A stretch of 64,000 nt of DNA from Azolla caroliniana (Eukaryota; Plantae; Polypodiophyta): positions 23,312,001-23,376,000 of the forward strand of contig JBHGNT010000004.1 in the NCBI GenBank assembly GCA_043228905.1. The letters are read 5' to 3'. The stretch's first letter is position 1; every line of letters starts with the position of its first letter. Both the position numbers and the translations under genes were made by a program. Below the pieces are notes generated by a model that was given only the letters and a program-made list of their open reading frames with translations, did not search any database and was not told the origin of the DNA. Shown here piece by piece: positions 41,224 to 51,500 of the stretch.

Positions 41224-41410
41224 TAGCTTACCCTAGTGGTAAGTCGATAACACTACAAGCACTGTGTCTTGGGTTTGAACCCAATTTTCTCACCTCTCTA
41301 TTATATACTTCATATATATCTCTATTCACTAGATGCCACCGTGGAATGTAGGGGTTGAACCCATGACCACCTAGTCTCCATTGGGCAACCTTACCAACTA
41401 AGCTACATCC
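41224..41410. other. Two convergent tRNA-like A/B-box modules
   Basis: Plus strand: CTAGTGGTAAG...GGTTTGAACCC (41224-41283). Minus strand: GTAGCTTAGTTGGTAAGG...GGTTCAACCCC (41410-41350). Confidence 0.55.
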
Positions 41411-43329
41411 ATCTAGGCAAGTGTATCTCTCTCTCTCTCTCTTCCTCTCACACACATACACATATCACTTAATTTTCCGCTTATTAACTTAATCACATAA
41501 TTAGGTACTAATTAACCCTTTCTTAATTACTTACCTAATTCTTTACAATATGCTACCAAATTGTGAAGGTATTTGGGTACCAAGAGAGGCAATTTCATAC
41601 AATAATGCAATATTAAAGGATGCTCTATCGAGGGGGAACTAATGACATTATCAAATGAACTCAATGCACCACTTCTTGAGACATCAAAATCATTCTCTGA
41701 GTCTAAGTTAAGGAGCCTAGCTAGAAGTGAATCATCCACTTCCATCAATAGCTCAAAAATCGATGATAAGGGAAATCGATCATCGAGGCATGCTAAAGTG
41801 ATGAACTTAGGGAATAAATTTATTGGGAAGTTAGATGAGAAGAGAATAATGGTTGTTGAAAAGTTGCCCAATATAACAACATTTACCCTAAACCCTAAAA
41901 AGTTTCATTGGGACTATTTCTGTAGCCCAAAAATAGAAAAAAACATCAAAATACATACCTCTTGTGACAAGTTCTACAAATCTTGTGTGGATGCGGGTGG
42001 TTGGCAGGTGCTCGCCGACGGCAGGTGGTGCTCCTCAGTTATTCTTCCCTCCAAAAACCCTAGCTTCATGTTTGAAAATTAGGTTTAAATGATAGAGATC
42101 AAGGTTTTTATAGTCTCCAAAAAATAATGAGTAGGGCTCCTGCATTCGGTGAGTCAAGCTCCTCGGGATCCTGCTTTAGTGAGTAGGGCTCCTACCTCGG
42201 ATTAGTCAGGCTGCTTGGGCTCCCCAAAAACGGAATTTTTAAGCATGCACTTTTTTTTATCCACATCGAATGGTGCAGATCGCACACACCCTCATCTAAG
42301 TTACCTGCATCGTCCTTGTCCATGATTCCCTCACTTGCCCTCTTTAATAATGAGTAGTAGTTAGACAATGTTAACATATTTTGCAAACGATAAGATGGGT
42401 GATACTTTTGGTAGGTTGAGAGTAGTAATAACACATCGAGGGACATGGTATGAGACAACATAAATGGGTGCACAAAGGAGAGAGACACATACAAACATAC
42501 CCTAGAGCGGTGAGCAGGAGATGTCGCACAATCGGTGAGCAGTGACCAAGGAGCAAAAAGAAATAAGATGACTGGGGTAGTGATCAAGGAGCAGGGAGCA
42601 AACTGAAATTAGATGACAAACATACACGCAAGAGGGAAAAGGGGAATTTAATCTAAAGAAACATAAAAACGTTTTTCTTTTACTTTTTTCCTGCAAAACT
42701 ATATAGGTAGCCGATTTAGAAAATATGAACCAGCTAGATTCCGGTTGGTAAGAAAACCTGGCCGGAATCAATTCTGATTGTCCCCCACATTGGCCGACAA
42801 AAGTTCTAACCTAACTGAAACGTTGTCGTTGTTCTTGGGACTTTGCCCAACACTGGTGTACAACGTTGCCGAAGGTGGGAAACACGGGTGAAAATGGGAT
42901 AAACACGCGTGGGAAAAATAAGGCCCTTCATCTTGACTCCTCCATCTTTTCGACTCCTTGGTGTAAGAGCTCTATGGTCCCGCTCAAGAGACACACACGC
43001 GCGTGTTTATGCGACAACATCCCAACAAATGATGACCATGTCACCTCTTATTGATATTGGTCTTGCACGCCCTTTTGATTCACAACCCTAGCTCTCTTTC
43101 GGCAGTGCTTCTGTGTCTTCATTTTTCTCATCCGCAGCTTTTCGCAATTGAGCTGACTTTTTATTGTCCTTCGTACCACACCCTCAATTTATCATTCAAT
43201 CTTTTTTATATTCCTAGTTTAACTTATTTTCCCACATCACGACACCATTTTTAAATGTTCAAGTTGGGGTGGTTTGTAATCAGTAAAATGTGTTACATGC
43301 ATTAAGTCATAAGGATCACCAAAATGTTT

Positions 43330-43660
43330 TATCCATGTTTTGTATGAAGAGATGTCAACTCTACTATGTAGAGATGAATCACATTGACTATTCAGACGTA
43401 ATGATGTTTATTCAAGATCAATATCAATGAAGGGTTGTAAGGAATTATGCACACGAACAATATATTGTCATAGAGATATTGTATGAAGGGCAATTGATAT
43501 AAGTGGTTGGTGTATATGCGTATTCATCATATGTGTACAAACTATTATGGCAATCATTATCTAATGTTATTAAACACGGACATGCTAGCTTATTGATGAG
43601 GGACTTTAATGCTTGTTGTGAAGCAGGTCAATCAACTACCGTTTATTTCTTGACGTATGA
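43330..43660 (+). mobile_element. Degenerate LINE AP-endonuclease fragment
   Basis: QYIVIEILYEGQLI*VVGVYA..LWQSLSNVI..LLMRDFNA matches the L1 endonuclease VYA...W..L...GDFN pattern. Confidence 0.65.
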
Positions 43661-44264
43661 CCTAGAGTTGTGCATTTGAAAAATATTAGAAGGACAAGCG
43701 TTGCAATGGGATATATGGAAGTTGATTATGAGAATGATCTTGATTCTATGCTTTACAATCAACCCAATATAAGTTAATGTGAACCCACCTTAACCAAATA
43801 TACATAATGAATCATGAGGGTTTTTCTACCTGAGATACTACATATCATGGTTTCTCATGGTCGAGTTACGTCAAACCATTTTACCATTTTCCGTTAGTGT
43901 CTAAATTTACTCGACAATTGAATGAACAAAGTTTGCTCGGATATTATGCAAGCTCCCCACAAAGATTGTGTGTGAGAGAGGGGGCGGTATATTTGTAGTT
44001 TCAAAAAAATCAGAATTTGCTTTGTTTTAAAACAGAGCAATATATATATATTTATAATACATATATGAAATTTGAAACATACGAGAGAGACAGAGAGAAT
44101 GAGAGTGTATCTATGCCATTTTGCTCTGTTTCAAAACAGAGCAATATATTTATATATACATATATCATATTATATATATATATATATACACACACACACA
44201 TGAGAGAGAGAATTAGTGTATCCATGCCAGTATCTCTCTCCCTGCTTCATCCTGTTAAGAAAGC

Positions 44265-46439
44265 ATGAGTGTAAATCAGAAGATTAAAGCCCTTACAGTT
44301 GGAGAAGCATTTCACCTCATACAGGATTGCATCAGAGAAGGAAATATTGTATGGGGTAGAGCTCTATATGCCCTCATCAAGAAGAATGAGCTACATTACA
44401 ATGCATTCTTAGGTACTCATCTCATCAGAATGTTTGCTTCTTTCCGAAGCTTAGTAGATGCAAACCAAGTGTTTGAAATCCTACCTGAAAAATCAGTGTT
44501 CTCATGGAGTGCCATCATTGCGGCTTATGCCGATCTCGAAGAAGTTAGTGTAAGTACTAGAAGAAGTACTTGTAATACCACTAGTAGCACCAGTGGCAGT
44601 GGCAGTGGCAGTGGCAGTGGTTGTAGTCAAGGTAATTTTACTGGTAGTAATAGTTGTGATTATATTACTAGATGTAACAGTGGTGGTAGCAATAGTTGTT
44701 GTAGTGGTGATATGAGTGGTAGTAGTAGTTTTGGTGATGGTATTGGTAGTAGAGGTGATAGTAGTGGTGAGAGTGCTTGTGTTAGTAGTAATGCAATTTG
44801 GCTTTATCGGAAGCTCTGCCTTTCATCTACTATCGAACCTGATGGGCATGTTCACATTGCAGTATTGAAAGCATGTGCCAATTCGGAGGACCTTTTCCAT
44901 GGAGAGCTTCTTCACCACACCCTCGTCGAGACTGTGGCTCAATTGGAGAGATATGTTGTAAATACTCTTATTGATATGTATGGTAAATGTGGTCAGTTGA
45001 AAGATGCCCGATCAGTTTTCGATAGATTTCAACATCGGGATGTAGTAACATGGACATGTATGATTGCTTGCTACACTCGGCATAAAAAAGGTCCAGAAGC
45101 AATTGATCTTTTTCAAAAAATGCACGAGGCCGGAGTAGAGTCGAATAAGGTCACTTTTGTAAATATACTTAAAGCTTGTTCCACATTAGCAGCATGGAAT
45201 CAAGGAAGAAAAGTTCATATAGCAATAGTTGAGGGTGGTTTCCACCTTGATTTGTTTGTTGGAAGTGTTCTTATCGACATGTACGGGAAATGTGGGGCTA
45301 TTCAGGATGCATACCGAGTGTTTTCTACCATGTCCAAACGAGATGTTGTGATGTGGAATGCCATGTTATGGACATGTTCATACTACGGCTCGCCCGATGA
45401 TGTGTTCTCACTGTATCAGAGTATGCTAGAGGATGGTATATTGCCAGATGCTATCACATTTACTAGCATTATTAGAGCCTGTACTAGCTTATTATCTCCG
45501 AATCATGGCAGATCAATCCATTTATGTATCTGTCGATATGGTTTGGATAGAGAAATATTGGTCGGAAATTCACTCATTGACATGTACATGAGTTGCAAAT
45601 GCATTGTTGATGCATTTCAGGTCTTTGAACTAATGCTTTTGCGGGATGTAGTGACATGGAGTTCTCTCATTGCTGGTTGTGCTGAACAAGGACGGATAGA
45701 AGATACACTTCAATTATTCTTCTGTATGCGAAAGGATGGAGTTGAACCTAACGAAGTCACTTACTTGAGTATTGTAAAGGCTTGCTCCAATCCGGAATCT
45801 TTCGATCTAGGAAAACTCGTACATGGATGTATAATTGAGAGTGGTCATGATGTAGATCAATGTATTAAGAGTAGCCTGATTGAAATGCATTCTAAATGTG
45901 GTAGATTTGAGGATGCAAGTAATATTTTTGATAGAGGAGAAACAAAGGATGTGGTAGCATATGGTACAATGCTTGCAGCTTGTGCTCAAAATAGAGACTT
46001 TGAATCTGCAATTCATTATTTCGAAGCAATGAAACATAATAGCTTGAGTCCGGATGCCAAGGTCTTTGTTTGTCTTCTTTCTGCTTGTAGTCAAGAAGGG
46101 TTAATGGATTATGGCGTGGATCTTTTTGGTTCTATTAAGGGGAGTTGTGATCTCCTGCAAAGTTTGTATGTCTATAATTGCATGATTGATCTCCTTGCTC
46201 GAGCTGGATGCCTTGTCGAAGCCATGGAATTGACTCTAAGTTTGCCTTTCGATGCCAATGTTTTTGGATGGACATCATTACTAGAGCACTGTAAAACACA
46301 TGGTCATGCAAGATTAGGGAAAGATTGCTTTAAATCCTTACTTGGAATGGAAGGGGATGAAGCTGGCCCTTTTGTGGCTATGGCTAGACTCCTCACAAGT
46401 GTAGAAAACATGGAAGGATTTCAAAGATATACAAGATGA
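44265..46439 (+). CDS. PLS-class pentatricopeptide repeat protein with E1 and truncated E2, no DYW; probable organellar RNA editing factor
   Basis: Intronless 724-aa ORF with repeated PLS triplets (NTLIDMYGKCGQLKDARSVFD, DVVTWTCMIACY, VTFVNILKACS). C-terminal YNCMIDLLARAGCL..MPF-like LPFDANVFGWTSLLEHCKTHG. Confidence 0.95.
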   Translation: MSVNQKIKALTVGEAFHLIQDCIREGNIVWGRALYALIKKNELHYNAFLGTHLIRMFASFRSLVDANQVFEILPEKSVFSWSAIIAAYADLEEVSVSTRRSTCNTTSSTSGSGSGSGSGCSQGNFTGSNSCDYITRCNSGGSNSCCSGDMSGSSSFGDGIGSRGDSSGESACVSSNAIWLYRKLCLSSTIEPDGHVHIAVLKACANSEDLFHGELLHHTLVETVAQLERYVVNTLIDMYGKCGQLKDARSVFDRFQHRDVVTWTCMIACYTRHKKGPEAIDLFQKMHEAGVESNKVTFVNILKACSTLAAWNQGRKVHIAIVEGGFHLDLFVGSVLIDMYGKCGAIQDAYRVFSTMSKRDVVMWNAMLWTCSYYGSPDDVFSLYQSMLEDGILPDAITFTSIIRACTSLLSPNHGRSIHLCICRYGLDREILVGNSLIDMYMSCKCIVDAFQVFELMLLRDVVTWSSLIAGCAEQGRIEDTLQLFFCMRKDGVEPNEVTYLSIVKACSNPESFDLGKLVHGCIIESGHDVDQCIKSSLIEMHSKCGRFEDASNIFDRGETKDVVAYGTMLAACAQNRDFESAIHYFEAMKHNSLSPDAKVFVCLLSACSQEGLMDYGVDLFGSIKGSCDLLQSLYVYNCMIDLLARAGCLVEAMELTLSLPFDANVFGWTSLLEHCKTHGHARLGKDCFKSLLGMEGDEAGPFVAMARLLTSVENMEGFQRYTR

Positions 46440-48540
46440 ATGTATTGACCTAGGGAAGAAAACGCTTAACTCTTGCATTGATGAAATCTATGCATATGTG
46501 ACACATATTTATACAAAGATTTGTAAATGCCTTGAGTGTGTATAATTTGGCATAGGTATCCTGTTTGTATATGCTAAAAAATATTATTACCTCATATGCG
46601 CATGGAACCTATTGTTATGAGAGGCATGTCTGACTATGTTTTTTTTCGTAACCCTTTTATTACTAGTGGGAAACCTCAAAGTGAGGTGAAAACCCATAAA
46701 GAATAAAGAGAAATATACTTAATGCCGATTAGACACTAAAGAGCTTAAAAGCACTCAAAGTAAAGAATGTAAATTTTGTGCCAATTAGTGTTCACATTCT
46801 CCTCTATTTTTCTTTGTACAAAAAAAAAAACTTATAAGGTATGGCTATTTCTTATTCAACCGATCCGGATCCGGTTGAGCTTGTCCGCTCAACAATAAGT
46901 TACATATGGTGATGATCATCTTTACATTGTGAGTCCCTCAACAAGACGTGTAGTCTTTGGAATCCATGGTTGACTTTAGAAACAATCATAAATGTACAAT
47001 TGTGGGCAGATATGCCTTGGTACTAGTTGGAGTAAAAAACAAAGCTCAACATTTTTAATGAAGTTTAAGAAAGGAACAAAGGAGAAAATCCTTTGAATGT
47101 GCTATCAAAGAGCGACAACAACAATATTAGAGAGGATTTGTGGTGTATTAGTATAAAATTCAAAGTAAACACAAATTGCTCAAGTTTTTTCATTGGCTTT
47201 ACTACAACTTTCAAAGAGGTTATGATATTGCCTTCTATATATATAGTGATGAGAGTAAGTGGGAAATTGATCAAAATGCCAATTATTTCCTTGCGCTCTA
47301 AAAACCATTCTTTTGCCTCTAAAATCTAGCAAGAAAGAAAGAAATCTCCACTAATGTGACCAAATTATGTATTACATGTTAAAACCATGTATGGTCTCAA
47401 GCAAGCCACAAGCGAAAACAACAAATACAAGTAGATTTTTAAAAGAATTTTGTTAGCTAGTCATGTGATGTTGTGAACTTAGATGGGGTGAAACCTCCAA
47501 CCTTTGAAATACCGATGAACAAAATACTACATCTTTGTTTAGTAAGGTCCAAATGATGAGTCGAAGATCTTGTTTTGTTTATTTACAATATTAGGGGTTG
47601 GAACATGTTTGGATATATCCGTAATGTAGTTGTCTTTAAAAGGAGATATGAGACGAGATTTTATGTTAAGAAGTTGAAAGGAATTCTCATGTGAAGTTTA
47701 TGGATGTGAAAGCATGTACGATGCAAAAGAAGCCTCAACAAATGTTTTTGCTTAGTAAGGTCCAAAGAAGATAAGGGATGAAAGACTATTGTGAAATGCA
47801 CATAGAGAGGATCAAAATTATTATGTCTTGCCACTTCCTCCTGCTTAATTTATAGTTTATACAAAGATACCCATTTGGATGGGTTTGGCTACCAAGTAAT
47901 GCATGCATACATGCATGAAGGCATGCGCTTACTAAAAAGGTGGCATAAAGGTACACCACAACACGAAGGATTGCACTTGCTAAAAAGGTGGCGCAAAGGT
48001 ACACCAGACTATGTTAAGAAGTTGAAAGGCATTCTCATGTGGAAATTCTAGGTTTTGGAACATGTACAAGGGGACGATTGCGATCTATGAGAGCCCAGGC
48101 GTAGCCCATGGCGAGGATTGAACTTGGGTTCCATCTAGAATTTCCAAATGTTGGAGCATGTACGAGAGAGACCAATTGCGATCAATGAGACAGGGCCTAG
48201 GCTCCTAGCCGATGGCGAGGATTGAACTCAATGTTGTGACTCTGATGCCATGGTGTAAACTATCAAGCCACTAGGCGAGAGAAAGAAAGAAGGATATATT
48301 AATTGTCTTTTAAGAGGCCAAAATGGCCTATAAGACCAAAACAAGAGAAAAGAAGAGAAAGAGAAAGAAGACTTTGTTGAAGTAAGTACATTAACATAAC
48401 GTTATGGATGAGGGGGGGTCATTGCCGTAAATTTGTGATAAGGGTAGTTTTGTAATTTTTCTAAAGTAAATATCTCACTCTATCTGTGTGAGGAGGAGCA
48501 GAGGAGGGTGGGGCGAAAGCTGGAAGGAGCTCCTTTTGCC

Positions 48541-51500
48541 ATGGCATCCTCAGGAGCTCGTCTCGCCTTCTCTTCCTCCTCATTCTCCCTCATCTCTTCT
48601 CGCTTCCACAGGTCTCTCCTCACTTCCTCTCCCTCTTCTGCTCCAATCTGTCGTTTCTTATCACAATCTAGAAGATCTCTTCCCATCGTCGGCTCGTCAT
48701 CATCATCATCATCATCATCATCTTCCCCGGCATCTACTTCATCTCCATCATCTCCTCCTATCAATATTTCTATTGCATCAAATGCGGATCAGCAACAGCA
48801 ACAGCAACAACAATCCAATCCTCTTCTACCTGAATTGCTTCAATGGCCTTCTCGATCTCATGGATGTGGAAATTTACGCCTTGATAATGTCGGAGATTAT
48901 GTTCGCCTTTGCGGTTGGGTCGCCCTCCATCGTAGACATGGGAACTTGACTTTCATCACTCTGAGGGATCATACAGGAATTGTTCAGGTCTTAAATCTTT
49001 CTTCAAACATTCTAAAATGATTATTTAGGCAGTGTTTATGTTACATTACAAATAGACATTTTGAATTTAAAAGACATTGAGACATAGTCTAACTATCCAC
49101 ACAGTAACAATAATTCGGTGACCACCTTCCAGTTGCATTATATATGTTTATTTTGCTCCAAACGTTTCTTTTAACCATCAAAATGCACATTTGGTATGCC
49201 TTGTCATTGTTTTAATTATACAAGTGCTACAGAAGTTATGCATATATTTTGCTTTAAGGGTTCTCGCTAATGAGGAAATTTTGTTATCTTCTGGATGCAT
49301 TATGTTTGGTGACATCACTTTTTTAACTATCCAAATGCATAAATAGGTTTTATGTGTTTCATGCTTTAAATATTTTAGAGAATTCTATCATCTGTTGGAT
49401 GCATGATGTATGCTCATTGCTTGAAAGGATTCTATTAACTATCAGAATGCATATTTTGTATGTTTTAAGGATTGAAGAATTTGCCTAATTATCTAAGTTG
49501 TATAGAGTTCCTGTATGCTGTTTATTTTGAGTGCTTCTTCTAAGTTTTAACTAGAGGTTGTACCATCATCCTATGAATGCATTTGAAAGGTAGCCACAGA
49601 TCCTGAAAACTATCCAAATGCACATTTTGGAGTGGATAAGGTGAGGATAGAGTATGTCATTATGATCAAGGGTCGAGTTCGAGCCCGGCCGAAGGAAGCT
49701 TTGAATCCTCGGATGGAAACTGGAGATATTGAGGTATGTTATGCAAACTAGAGTTGGTTGTGGGAATAAAAATAGAGTTTAATGTAATCTGCAGTTGCAA
49801 TGTTTAAAATTGGCCTTAAAATTTATGAAACATTTTAGAATGAAGCCTAAAAATATCTCCATATTTGTTATAAAACAGTTAATTAAATTAAGAGAGTTTA
49901 TAAGGACTAACCACTCTATGCAGCGGTGTATGATTGCTTCATATCAAACTACAAAGTATCTTCACTGTTTCCAGATCTATATAAACCAATCCTGTTTGGA
50001 TCTTTAAGTTGTCCAATGACAGCCAATCTTTCTATTGTTCCCCGATAGATGGTTTGTAAACTTTTGGTAAAAGGAAAATATACAAACCTCAATTTGAACC
50101 TGGTATATTTTAGGTTTACAAGAAAGCTAGAGTGGCAAATTTGGACAGCCGTACAAACAAGACGTAGGAAATGTGAGTGCCGAATTCATAAAAGATAGTA
50201 TACTGTTATCTGGCAATCCAAAATATGATGCTTATACCATGGGATTCAATCACTCATGTCAAATTAGATATATGAGTCTAGTTAATGAGCTTGAACAGAA
50301 GGGGCTGACTTAGAGTAGATTGTCTTCTTATTATTAATTATTATCCAATACCTTTAGTTCAGATGAAAGATAGTTCTTGGGGCATGTGTATTGATTATGG
50401 CACATTGAAAAACACAGATTTTGGATTCCAATGACTAGTGATATTTTTTATCCGATGGTAGGTTACAACATTTAGAATATTTGATTTAAGAACAGGATAT
50501 TATCATATTGAAATTAGTTCTGAGGACATACAAATGATTGCATTTCAAGCTACTTTGTCTCTATGAATTTCTTGTAATGCCTTTAAACTTTCTAATGCCC
50601 TTTCCAATTTCAGTAGGCACACTGACATGATACTGTACTCTTAAGAATGAACAAGAAGCTGTGTTTTCTAATAAGCCTATAAGGATAGATTGCTTATTAA
50701 TGCAAAGAAAAGCAAGTTCTTCATGGAAGAGATACATTTCCTCCCACACATTGTTTCCTTGTGTTAAAAATAATCAATGTGCTGAACCCGTTGCAATTGC
50801 AGGTTGTTGCTGAAGATTTGCAGCTGTTGAATACTGTTCAGGTTGCTTTACCATTTCTTATCACCACATCTACAGAGTTCAAGGATGTAGTCACGGAGGA
50901 AGTCCGTCTTAGGTATGTCACCACACTCTTAAATCACACATGTATGATGTAACAATAAAGAAAAATATGTTTTGTTTCATGCTATTATTTTAGCTTCTAG
51001 TGTTTGGTTTATGCTGTTTTTTCTGTATTGTCATACAGATTTGTTTACTCTCAGATATAGACATCTTGATTTGCGACGGCCACAAATGACTACAAATTTG
51101 AGGCTTCGTCATAATATTGTAAAAACAATCAGGAGGTTTTTGGAGGATGAGCTGAACTTTGTGGAGGTATGCTTCTGTACTTGTAAAAGTTTGAATTATC
51201 TGTGAGGATTTTGATTTGCCAAAGAACCTGTTTTATTTAGATTGAAACTCCCCTTTTGGCGAGGTCAACTCCTGAAGGTGCTCGAGACTATCTTGTTCCT
51301 TCTCGAGTGCAGGTAATTATGTAATTTTAGAAATTTACTTCCAAGGTACCATGCCATGTTAATGCACCTATTTGTATAATTTGGTTTCAATTCTGATATT
51401 TTGTAAATAACTGAAGCCAGGAGAATTCTATGCCCTACCACAAAGCCCTCAGCTTTTTAAGCAGATGCTAATGGTTTCAGGATTTGACAGATACTATCAA

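Noticed and set aside
41527-42082. 114-aa and 146-aa ORFs as host genes
   Set aside because: No recognisable domain or exon structure. They lie in TE-like sequence, possibly a decayed hAT, but the evidence is too weak to call.
44550-44788. Exitron removing the PPR insert
   Set aside because: The TAG acceptors near 44785-44788 would frameshift, the only in-frame AG nearby is a weak GAG, and there is no pyrimidine tract. It is kept only as a refutation test.
48508-48540. GTG start for AspRS suggested by the ORF track
   Set aside because: The first ATG at 48541 has good context (GCCATGG) and opens a typical MASS.. transit peptide. Nothing in the sequence supports non-AUG initiation.
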